Below are positions 1 through 8,044 of a stretch of 32,000 nt of DNA, piece by piece. This DNA comes from Pseudomonadota bacterium. GTDB lineage: Bacteria; Pseudomonadota; Gammaproteobacteria; Burkholderiales; Burkholderiaceae_C. The translations under genes and the position numbers were made by a program. The notes under the pieces were generated by a model. The model saw nothing but the letters and a program-made list of their open reading frames with translations. It did no database searches and was not told where the DNA came from. Each line of letters opens with the position of its first letter. The stretch's first letter is position 1. The stretch spans positions 41,483 through 73,482 of the forward strand of contig JBJOIT010000009.1 of assembly GCA_046046915.1 (NCBI GenBank). The letters are read 5' to 3'.

Positions 1-1061
1 GTGATGGCGCTGCCCGTGTCCTGCGCCAGCACCAGCCGGTGCAGGGAGGTAACTGGCCCGGTAGATGACAGCCAGACCGGCGTGCCATAGGGAATGCTGC
101 CGGGGTCTACCGCAATCGATCGACCGGGCGTCAGGGCCACGCCCTGGGCACCGCGCGGGCCAAAAGAGGCGTTCAGATCAGACAGAGGTTCCTCCCTGAA
201 AAACACGGTGCGCGGGTTGCTCCACAGCATCTCGTTCACACGCCCCGGGTTGGCCTGGGTCCAAGCACGGATGGCCGGCCAGGACGCATCGCGCAGCGCG
301 CCCTGGTCCAGCAGCCAACGACCCACGCTCTTGTACGGCTGCTCATTCGAGCCTGCAAAGGCCAGACGCACCAGGCGCTGGCTGCCATCGGCTTCGGTGA
401 TGCGCACGCGCCCCGAGCCTTGAATTTGAAGGATAAGTGCATCGACAGGATCGGCAAGGTAGGCAATTTCACGGCCACGCAACTGGGCCTGCACGTCTGC
501 GCGAGTGTCGATCTCCTGGCGAGTGAACCAGGGCTTGCGCTGAGCCAGGCCTGCCGGTAACTGGTACAGGGGCACAACATAGGTGGCAGTAGGCACACGG
601 CTGGCCTCCAGCTGTGGCTCGTAGTAACCCGTCAGCAGGCCCTCGGTGGCCGGCATGCCCGCCAGCGGCTCCACCCGGTAGGGCTGCAGGCGCTTCATCA
701 TCCAGCTGCGCTGTTCGTCAACCTGCGCAATGCTGAGCTGCCGCACTTCGGCGCACAGGGGCGCAAACACCGGCCCTGGGCGTTCACAGCTTTTGATCCA
801 GGCGTTCCAGGCCTCAAACAAGGCGTCGTCTGTCAGGCCGGGCAACTCGGCCCAGCGCACCGGCGTCCACTGGCTTTTGGCGCGCGCCATAGCTGGGGGC
901 AAGGGCGAGTCGTCAGGGAGCAGGGCACGCGCCGCCTCGGCCGGCAAAGGGGGCGTCGATGGCACCTCCGGCGGCGGGGTTTCCGTCTCGGGTAGGCTGG
1001 AGCAGGCGGCCAGGCTTCCTAAAATCCAGGCCATCATCCAGGTGCGTAGGAGTTGTGTCAT
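1..1061 (-). CDS. mltA: Membrane-bound lytic murein transglycosylase A (MltA-like lipoprotein); partial, 3' end lies beyond the window start
   Basis: Absent from the ORF track because the stop is outside the window. My own minus-strand translation from the ATG at 1061..1059 gives MTQLLRTWMMAWILGSLAAC (lipobox LAAC) ... GLLTGYYEP ... ILQIQGSGRVRI ... NEQPYKSVGRWL ... NPRTVFFRE ... LTPGRSIAVDPGSIPYGTPVWL ... LAQDTGSAI. The frame stays open to base 1. These match conserved MltA/3D-domain motifs. Confidence 0.85.
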   Translation of the reverse strand, partial: MTQLLRTWMMAWILGSLAACSSLPETETPPPEVPSTPPLPAEAARALLPDDSPLPPAMARAKSQWTPVRWAELPGLTDDALFEAWNAWIKSCERPGPVFAPLCAEVRQLSIAQVDEQRSWMMKRLQPYRVEPLAGMPATEGLLTGYYEPQLEASRVPTATYVVPLYQLPAGLAQRKPWFTRQEIDTRADVQAQLRGREIAYLADPVDALILQIQGSGRVRITEADGSQRLVRLAFAGSNEQPYKSVGRWLLDQGALRDASWPAIRAWTQANPGRVNEMLWSNPRTVFFREEPLSDLNASFGPRGAQGVALTPGRSIAVDPGSIPYGTPVWLSSTGPVTSLHRLVLAQDTGSAI

Positions 1062-1218
1062 GAGTTTGTTGTTGCTAGAGGCTCTGGGCGCCTTGGTGCT
1101 GTTGATTTTGATCGTGTGGTGGACCATGTTCTCGGGCCGGGACAAGGGCGAACTTCCGGGCCAGCACAGTGATGTTCAGGCAGCCACTAAAGAGGCCAGC
1201 GACCCCAAGAAGGACTGA
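1060..1218 (+). CDS. Hypothetical small membrane protein (52 aa, one predicted TM helix and a charged tail)
   Basis: This is the last 53 codons (52 aa plus stop) of track ORF 730..1218: MSLLLLEALGALVLLILIVWWTMFSGRDKGELPGQHSDVQAATKEASDPKKD. It has an ATG start, and an AGGAG motif at 1047..1051 sits 8 nt upstream. Third-position GC is high, as in neighbouring genes. I recognise no homology. The upstream part of the track ORF is antisense to mltA and is ignored. Confidence 0.3.
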   Translation: MSLLLLEALGALVLLILIVWWTMFSGRDKGELPGQHSDVQAATKEASDPKKD

Positions 1219-1223
1219 GCAGC

Positions 1224-1850
1224 TCAGGCACCCCGCAATACGTTGGCCAGCTCCACGGCCGATTTCACATCCATTTTTTCAAAAAGGCGCGAGCGGTGTA
1301 CTTCCACCGTGCGCACGCTGATGTCGAGCTGGTCGGCAATCAGCTTGTTGGGCAGGCCCTCGACCACCAGGCGCATCACGTCACGCTCGCGGTCGGTCAG
1401 ATCTGCCAGGCGCTGCTGCAAGACGGCCTGAGACCGCTGCTGATCCAGTACCGCCTGCGACTGGGCCAGGGCCTGCTCGATGCGGTCCACCAGCGCGTTG
1501 TCTGAGAACGGTTTTTCGCAAAAATCAAAGGCCCCACGTTTGACGGCAGCCACAGCGGTAGGCAGGTCGGCATGGCCAGTCAAAAAGATCACGGGCAGGC
1601 CCAAGTGCAGGCCACGCTCCACCAAGCGGTCAAACAGCGCCAAGCCACTGAGGCCCGGCATGCGCACATCCAGCATCAAACAACTGGGCTGACGGAGCTG
1701 AAAGCCGGCCTCCAGCATCGTCCAAAACGCATCTGCGCCGTCAAAGGGCTCGCTGTTCAGACGACGCGAGCGCAACAACCACGCAAGCGCCTCGCGCACA
1801 CTGGCATCGTCATCCACGATAAAAATGCGGGCGTCTTTGATGGGTTGCAT
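1224..1850 (-). CDS. Two-component response regulator, FixJ/NarL (LuxR-type HTH) family
   Basis: 208-aa ORF. Receiver motifs are IFIVDDDASVREAL, LMLDVRMPGLSG, IFLTGHADL and KP. The C-terminal LuxR HTH reads LTDRERDVMRLVVEGLPNKLIADQLDISVRTVEVHRSRLFEKM. It lies 9 nt downstream of the kinase gene. Confidence 0.92.
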   Translation of the reverse strand: MQPIKDARIFIVDDDASVREALAWLLRSRRLNSEPFDGADAFWTMLEAGFQLRQPSCLMLDVRMPGLSGLALFDRLVERGLHLGLPVIFLTGHADLPTAVAAVKRGAFDFCEKPFSDNALVDRIEQALAQSQAVLDQQRSQAVLQQRLADLTDRERDVMRLVVEGLPNKLIADQLDISVRTVEVHRSRLFEKMDVKSAVELANVLRGA

Positions 1851-1859
1851 GGGCGCATG

Positions 1860-3884
1860 TTATGCCAGCGTTGCCGCCAGCAAGCTGAAGCTGAACACCG
1901 TGCCGCGAGGCAGGTTGGCCGCATATTCGAGGGTGCCACCGTGCTGCTCCACCACGGTACGGCACAAGCTCAGGCCCAGGCCCATGCCCTCGGCCTTGGT
2001 CGTGAAAAACGGGGTAAACAACTGCAGTTGTACGGCCTCTGAAATGCCCGGCCCGCAGTCTGCCACCGAGAACTGCACCCGCGGCTCGCCCCCGGCATCG
2101 GGCGCAGGCGCCACACTCAAGGTCAGCACACGCGCATCGTCACCGACTTGCTCCATGGCCTGCATGGCATTGCGCGCCAGGTTCAAAAGGACCTGTTCGA
2201 CCATGGTCTTGTCACACAGCACGGCAGGCGTGTCGGTGGCCACCACGGTCTGTACTTGCACCCTCAACTTGCGGGCCTGCAGGCTCACCAGGGGCAGGAT
2301 GGCCTCGAGCAAGGCCCGGGCCGTGACCGCCTCGCGCGCTTGGTCGCGCCGACGCACGAAGTCGTGCACGCTTTTGATGACGCGGCCTGCACGCTCGGCC
2401 TGCTCGGCAATGCGCTGCAGGGGTAGCGCCAGGTCGGCCTTAAGGCTGTCCACATCGTCGGCGGGGTCTTGCAGCAAGTTGACCGAACCGGTGGCATAGC
2501 TGGAGATGGCGGCCAAGGGCTGGTTGAGTTCATGGCTGAGCAGCGAGGCCATCTCGCCCACCATGGCCAGGCGCGCTGTGGCCTGCAAGCGCTCGTGGCT
2601 GGCGCGCGACAGCTCCTGCACTCGGCGCTGCTCGCTGATGTCCACAAACGCGCTCATCCAGCCGGTTTGCACGCCTTGCGCATTGATGAGCGGAGCCTCG
2701 ATGATGAGCACTGGAAAACGGGTGCCGTCCTTGCGCATGAAGACCGACTCATAGCCCTCGCGCGGTGGCACATTGCCTGCCAGCCGGATGGCCTGGCGCT
2801 GCTGGTACTCGTCCACCAACTCGGGCGGCCAGTAGGGTGCAGGCAGACCATGGCCGAGTAGCTCTGCGGGCTCGAAACCCACCATCTCGCAAAATGCGGG
2901 GTTGACATAGGTGATGCGCCCGCGCAGGTCTCGGGCACGCAGGCCGGTGACCAGCGAGTCCTCCATGGCCTTGCGAAACGCCAGTGCATCGGCCAAGTCC
3001 CGTTCGGCCCGCTGGCGTCGGCGCATGTCGTTGGCCAGCAACACCAGAATCGAGATCAGCGCCAGGGTCATGGCGGCAACCAGCGCTGTGAGCACATTGG
3101 GAAAGAAATCGGGTGCTTGGCGCCAGCTGTTCAACTTGAACACCAGCGTTGTGCCGCCGGGCAAGTCCAGCAGCTGCTGCGCCGAGAACACCCGGCTGCC
3201 CCGGCGCTGGGCGCCCCACACGGCCAGCCGGGTGCCGTCGCCCTCGGTCAAAGACAACTCGTGGTTGCGCAGGGGCTGGCGGGCCGCCAGTTCATCCAGC
3301 AGCCCCTGAAGCGAATAAGTGGCGACCAGATAGCCCACACGTCGCCCGCCGCTGACCAGCGGAAGACACATCTCCATCAACTCCTGACCCATGCCGTTGG
3401 TCGTGGGCAAAAAGTAACTAGGGGCATAGGCCGGGCCGCTCAAACGCTGGGCTGCGAGGCAGGCCTGCTGCACATCCGTCTGGGCGGTGGCGCGCCCCAT
3501 GCGTTCAAACAGATTGGACTCAAAAGGGGTGTTCACAAAGGACTGAATGCGCAAGGCATCGTCGCGCCATTCCAGTCGAACGAGCTCCCGGTGCTCTCGC
3601 AAGATGGACGAGGCATCGATGGCCCATGCATTGGGGCTGGGGTCGTTCACCTGCAGGGTCTGCAGGCTTTGTACATTGCGCGACATGCCACTGCGTAGCT
3701 CACCCACGGCCTCGGTGGCATCAAGCTCAAGTTGTCCCTGCAACCGTGCCGCCTCGTAGCGCCCAGCAAGCCAGATCAGCGTGCCCAGTAAGGCCACCAC
3801 CAGGGCCACCAACGCAGCCCAGAGCAACCAGCGCGGCCGGCCAGCCGTTAGACGATCCATGCCATGCGGTGCGCGTGGGATCAC
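1860..3884 (-). CDS. Sensor histidine kinase with a periplasmic domain, a PAS domain and HisKA/HATPase domains (FixL/DctS-like class)
   Basis: 674-aa ORF. Two TM segments (WLLWAALVALVVALLGTLIWLA and VLTALVAAMTLALISILVLLA) bracket about 250 aa. PAS-like region: ITYVNPAFCEMVGF. H-box: SHELNQPLAAISSYA. N box: LLNLARNAMQAM. G boxes: DCGPGI and GMGLGLSL. The start at 3884 is GTG; an ATG 8 codons downstream (3860) is an alternative. Confidence 0.9.
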   Translation of the reverse strand: MIPRAPHGMDRLTAGRPRWLLWAALVALVVALLGTLIWLAGRYEAARLQGQLELDATEAVGELRSGMSRNVQSLQTLQVNDPSPNAWAIDASSILREHRELVRLEWRDDALRIQSFVNTPFESNLFERMGRATAQTDVQQACLAAQRLSGPAYAPSYFLPTTNGMGQELMEMCLPLVSGGRRVGYLVATYSLQGLLDELAARQPLRNHELSLTEGDGTRLAVWGAQRRGSRVFSAQQLLDLPGGTTLVFKLNSWRQAPDFFPNVLTALVAAMTLALISILVLLANDMRRRQRAERDLADALAFRKAMEDSLVTGLRARDLRGRITYVNPAFCEMVGFEPAELLGHGLPAPYWPPELVDEYQQRQAIRLAGNVPPREGYESVFMRKDGTRFPVLIIEAPLINAQGVQTGWMSAFVDISEQRRVQELSRASHERLQATARLAMVGEMASLLSHELNQPLAAISSYATGSVNLLQDPADDVDSLKADLALPLQRIAEQAERAGRVIKSVHDFVRRRDQAREAVTARALLEAILPLVSLQARKLRVQVQTVVATDTPAVLCDKTMVEQVLLNLARNAMQAMEQVGDDARVLTLSVAPAPDAGGEPRVQFSVADCGPGISEAVQLQLFTPFFTTKAEGMGLGLSLCRTVVEQHGGTLEYAANLPRGTVFSFSLLAATLA

Positions 3885-3891
3885 AGGCGAC

Positions 3892-6800
3892 TCACTCCAC
3901 CCGGGTGACCTTGGGGTTGGTCCAGGTGCCTTCGACGGTGAACTCTTGCGTCACCGCCTCCATCAGCGGTTTGCGCAGGATGTATTGCGCCACAAAGGTG
4001 CTCAGGGCCACCGCCGGATTGAAGGCCGACGCGAGCAAGGAGGCTGTGCCCGCATTCAGCTCGGGCACCACCAGCACCCGCAGGTTTTGTGTTTCGCGGG
4101 CAATGTCGGCACGCCCTTCCATCATGACGGCCGCATTCACACCCTTCATCTGCAAGTTGCTGGTGCTGGCCATGCCGGCATCGATACTGACATCGCCACG
4201 CAAGGTGTCAAAGGCGAAACCATCACTGAACACGTCCCGGAAATCCAGCAGCAAGCGACGGGGCAGAGACTGCAGGCTCAGCACCCCGAGCAACTTGGCC
4301 AAACCGGGATCGGCCTTCAAGAACTGCCCCGATTCGATGGCCACGTTGAACTTGCCGCCCATGCTGGCGTAGTCAGGCGACAGGGGCGAGCCCATCCAGG
4401 TGATCTGGCCCTGCATCTTGCCCTGGCCCCTGCGCACCACGTCTTTCATGCCCATGCGGGCCAGCAACAGGCCAGAGTCGGCGATGTCAAACTTGAAATC
4501 CATCACAGTTTTGCGACGTTCGGCACCGGCTCTGAGCGCCGCTTTGGGCGTGGGCGACGCTATCCATTGCCCGGTGGCAGCAAATTTGGCCTCAGGCACG
4601 GTGATGTTGAACTTGTTCAGGCGCCACTCGCGCGGCTCGGTGCCGGTGCCGCCGCGGTTGATAGCCTCAATTTCCACCCGCCCAAGACGCTTGCCACGCA
4701 GCTCAAAGTCATCCACGGCAATGTCCAACGCCGGCACGGTGGCCGGCTGCTCCTCCAACAGGGCTTCGAAATCATTGACTGTGCTGGGGGCCAGGGTCAG
4801 CCGGGCCAGCCGGGCATACACCCGCCCCGGATTGCCGGCGGTTCCTTGCCGGTACTCGGCATAACCATTGAGTTCACGCGCATCGATGTTGGCACGCCAG
4901 GTAAGGCCGTCACGCGAGCCGCCGGCCACCACATCGTTGAGCTGGCGCCGATCCACCAGCAGTTCGTCCGCCCGCAGGGCCAGGCTGGTGGGCAAATAGG
5001 CCTGGGCCGAGGCCGGCAGGCCCGCCGCGGAGTCGTCGCCCCCCCCACTCGCCCGAGTGCCAGTGATGGCAGGCCCCGGCTGCGCCAGCGCGCGCTCCCA
5101 GGCGTCTACGTCTATGCGCGGCAGCCGAACGTTGGCCACCACGCCAGCCTCGGGCAGCACCAGTTGCTCATCATCCCCCAGGCCCATGGCAATGCCGCCC
5201 CGCACCACCCGTGCGGTCTTGCCGCTGTTGTCCAGCACATAGGCCAGGGAAAACACTTGTCCCAAGTCCACGCGCCATTGTTCGAGCGGCATGGCCGCGG
5301 TGCGGGCGGGCTTGCTGTCCGGCAGGGCCAATTGCTCGATGCGCAACGGCAGGGTGGCATCGGCGGTCTTGCTCAGGGGTGCGGGCAGGCTCAGGGCCAG
5401 CCCGCTCAGATTGCTGTTGACGCGCAGTTGCGGCAGGCCCTTCTTGATGGCGTATTCGGCGTTGTAACTGGTGCTGCCGTTGGCAAACCGGGTGAGCTGC
5501 GCCAGTGGCCCCAGCTCGCTGGCCAGCCGCAAGCCGTCAACCGTCACCATGCCTTGCGCGCGCAACACCACATCGGGCACCGCTCGCGCAGTGGCCGAAG
5601 CCGCGTTAGCGCCACCCCCCACCAGTGGTACCGTGCCGCCGTCCAGTCGGGCATCGCCCCCCAGCAGCCGGGCCTGCACACCGGCCAGCGTGAACCCGGT
5701 ATCGGTGAAATTGACGCTGCCACGCACTCGCTGCAAGCGTGGTGTGGTGGGCGTCACCTGCAGGTCGTTGCCCGCCAGCGTCACGCTGCCCTGCACGGTG
5801 GACTTCTCGAGAGCAGCCAGCTTGAGATTGAGCTTGAGACGCAGATCAGCGCTGCCAGTGACGCTGGCCTGGCGGAGCACCTGGCCCGTCCAACCGTCCA
5901 GGGGGGAGCTGTTGACCACGCGCACCATTTCCGCCAGCGGACCACGCGCGTCGGCCTGCACTACCAGGAGCCGGGCTTTCTCCATGTCGGCCATCTGGGC
6001 TTCGGCGCGCAACAAAGGCAGTTGCCCCAACTGGCCTTTGCTGACCTTGAACTGCATGCTGGCGCGCTCAAACACCAAATCACCCTGCAGCTGCGACAGG
6101 GCTGGCCAGGGCGCCTCACCTGGCGTCTGCAAACTTGCGGGCACATAGGCCAGCCCGCCATCGCGCAGAGCGGCGGTGATGCGGAACTCGCCTTTGCGCG
6201 GATCGGTAAAGGGCATGTCGTTCAGGTTGCCACGCACCTTGAACTGAACACTGCCAGAGCTGCCCTGCACTACTGCGTCGCGGACATAGTGGCGCACGGA
6301 GGCATCCAGGACCAGGGGCAGGTAGCGGTGCACGCGGGTGGCGTCGGCCCGGGTCAGCTTGCCCTGCAGATCCAGCACGCCCGGAAAACGGGAACTGCCA
6401 GCCGTTTGCGTCGGCTGTGCGGTCTGCCATTTGGCTTGTAGCTCGCCCTGCGCATCGGCGTTGCTGAAACGGGTGTTGACCGCCTGCACCGTCCATTGCT
6501 CATCTTGCACCTGCCATCGCAGCTCAGAGCTCAAACGGGTCATTGGAACCACCGGCTCTTCAAAGACCCCGGGCAACACCAAAGCGCCGTTGTCGATGGC
6601 CAAGGTAGCCTTGCCACCCTTGGGGCTCAGGTCGAAGTCCAGGCTCACCCCCTGCGCGCCCGGCAGCTGACGACTGGCATCTGCATTGAAGGCCAGGCCT
6701 AGCAAGCGACCCTTGGCCTCGAGTTGCTCAGGCGCTTGCAGGCCCCCTTGCCAACGGGCACTTAATTTTTCGACCAGACCCGCCGGTGCCAGGCGATCCA

Positions 6801-7983
6801 GCAGAGCGTGAACTTGCCCATCCAGGGGCACCCGCCGGGCCACCTGGCCCAGCGCAGCGAGTTCCAGCCGATCGGCTTCAAGTTCGGTGCGGGCAGCGAC
6901 CTCCGCCACAGTGGACTGCGGTCCGGCCTTGGCGTAGCGGTGTTTCAGACGCACATTGCCGCCCGGCCAGACCAGGCCGTCGGCTGTCACAAATTGCAGC
7001 GCCTCGGTGCCTACATCAAAGCCAGCCGCATCCTGATACCCACCCAGTCGCCCCGCCAGGCTCGATAGGTGCAAGGGCTCCAAGCCCGGCTGCAGGGTGG
7101 CGGTGACATCGCTCAGTGCCAGATCGAAGGTGGCAGAGGTGATGTCTGCCCGGCGCACATCCGCCCAGGCTCGCATGGCGCCACGGCCTTGGGCTACGTC
7201 CACACCCAAGTCCACATAGGGTCGGAGCCTGGACAAGTCGATCTGCTCAAAGCCCGCATACAGCTCACCTTCCCACTCACGCCAACGGCCGTTGGCCAGC
7301 GTCAGCGGCGGCTGACGCAACACCGCCATCACGCGAAAACGCTGTCCCCAATCTGCCGGTGGGGTGGCATCAAAACGCAGGCTGTGGCGCCGGGCACGGT
7401 AACGTACCACCAGGTCGACATCGCTCAGGGCCAGCGGTGGCGCGGCGCGTAACTCGTCGGTCCAGTTCAGGGTGCCACGGCGCACCACCAGCTCGGGCTG
7501 CGAAAAAAACCAGTCGGCCGCGCGACCGTCATCCTGAGCGGCCTGGGACAGATCCAGCCCCGCCACCAGCCAGCGGCCTTGCGGGGTGCGCCGGATGTCC
7601 AGGTTCGGCTGTTCCACGAGCAGCTGGTCGAAACTCAGGGCCAGAAAAGAACGGGGGGACAGGGTGGCCAGCACTCGTGGCAGACGCAGGGCCTCACGGT
7701 TCTGGGTGTCAAACAGGCGAACATCGGTCAATTCGAAAGACGGCAGGGTGCCGCTCGACTCGGCGGTGAGGGCGCCGATCTGCACCCTGGCCCCGAGCAG
7801 CTGGGTCGCCCGGCTCTCCAGCATCGGGCGAAATTCGTCGATACGCGGCACAATGACCCAATGCAGGCCACCCCAGACCAAGGCAAAAACAGCCCAGGCG
7901 AAGAGCACACATCGCAGCGACCACCGGGCGGCGGCCGCTGCGGCCTTCAGCCAGGACGACGGTGTGGGCGAGGAACGATCCAT
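3892..7983 (-). CDS. yhdP: YhdP-family / AsmA2-domain large envelope protein (DUF3971-type, TIGR02099-like); putative inter-membrane lipid transport protein
   Basis: 1363-aa ORF with one N-terminal TM anchor (LRCVLFAWAVFALVWGGLHWVIVP). A long region predicted to be beta-rich follows. The C-terminus ends ...EFTVEGTWTNPKVTRVE, typical of the family. Its position divergent from glnE is what I recall from other Burkholderiales. The assignment is from memory of family features, not from a search. Confidence 0.75.
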   Translation of the reverse strand: MDRSSPTPSSWLKAAAAAARWSLRCVLFAWAVFALVWGGLHWVIVPRIDEFRPMLESRATQLLGARVQIGALTAESSGTLPSFELTDVRLFDTQNREALRLPRVLATLSPRSFLALSFDQLLVEQPNLDIRRTPQGRWLVAGLDLSQAAQDDGRAADWFFSQPELVVRRGTLNWTDELRAAPPLALSDVDLVVRYRARRHSLRFDATPPADWGQRFRVMAVLRQPPLTLANGRWREWEGELYAGFEQIDLSRLRPYVDLGVDVAQGRGAMRAWADVRRADITSATFDLALSDVTATLQPGLEPLHLSSLAGRLGGYQDAAGFDVGTEALQFVTADGLVWPGGNVRLKHRYAKAGPQSTVAEVAARTELEADRLELAALGQVARRVPLDGQVHALLDRLAPAGLVEKLSARWQGGLQAPEQLEAKGRLLGLAFNADASRQLPGAQGVSLDFDLSPKGGKATLAIDNGALVLPGVFEEPVVPMTRLSSELRWQVQDEQWTVQAVNTRFSNADAQGELQAKWQTAQPTQTAGSSRFPGVLDLQGKLTRADATRVHRYLPLVLDASVRHYVRDAVVQGSSGSVQFKVRGNLNDMPFTDPRKGEFRITAALRDGGLAYVPASLQTPGEAPWPALSQLQGDLVFERASMQFKVSKGQLGQLPLLRAEAQMADMEKARLLVVQADARGPLAEMVRVVNSSPLDGWTGQVLRQASVTGSADLRLKLNLKLAALEKSTVQGSVTLAGNDLQVTPTTPRLQRVRGSVNFTDTGFTLAGVQARLLGGDARLDGGTVPLVGGGANAASATARAVPDVVLRAQGMVTVDGLRLASELGPLAQLTRFANGSTSYNAEYAIKKGLPQLRVNSNLSGLALSLPAPLSKTADATLPLRIEQLALPDSKPARTAAMPLEQWRVDLGQVFSLAYVLDNSGKTARVVRGGIAMGLGDDEQLVLPEAGVVANVRLPRIDVDAWERALAQPGPAITGTRASGGGDDSAAGLPASAQAYLPTSLALRADELLVDRRQLNDVVAGGSRDGLTWRANIDARELNGYAEYRQGTAGNPGRVYARLARLTLAPSTVNDFEALLEEQPATVPALDIAVDDFELRGKRLGRVEIEAINRGGTGTEPREWRLNKFNITVPEAKFAATGQWIASPTPKAALRAGAERRKTVMDFKFDIADSGLLLARMGMKDVVRRGQGKMQGQITWMGSPLSPDYASMGGKFNVAIESGQFLKADPGLAKLLGVLSLQSLPRRLLLDFRDVFSDGFAFDTLRGDVSIDAGMASTSNLQMKGVNAAVMMEGRADIARETQNLRVLVVPELNAGTASLLASAFNPAVALSTFVAQYILRKPLMEAVTQEFTVEGTWTNPKVTRVE

Positions 7984-8044
7984 CTTCTATTCAAAACGTG
8001 TCAAGAATTATGACCCGCAATGACTGGGTGCCGGGGGCACCATC

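Noticed and set aside
730-1059. N-terminal 110 codons of track ORF 730..1218
   Set aside because: This part is antisense to the well-supported mltA coding sequence and has an Arg/Gly/Ala-rich, low-complexity translation. Only the 3' portion from the ATG at 1060 is retained, as a low-confidence small ORF.
3781-6441. 886-aa plus-strand ORF, plus overlapping ORF 3626..4372
   Set aside because: It is entirely antisense to the 1363-aa YhdP-like gene. Its composition is dominated by G/A/R/H/Q runs with no recognisable domain. Long stop-free antisense frames are expected at this GC content.
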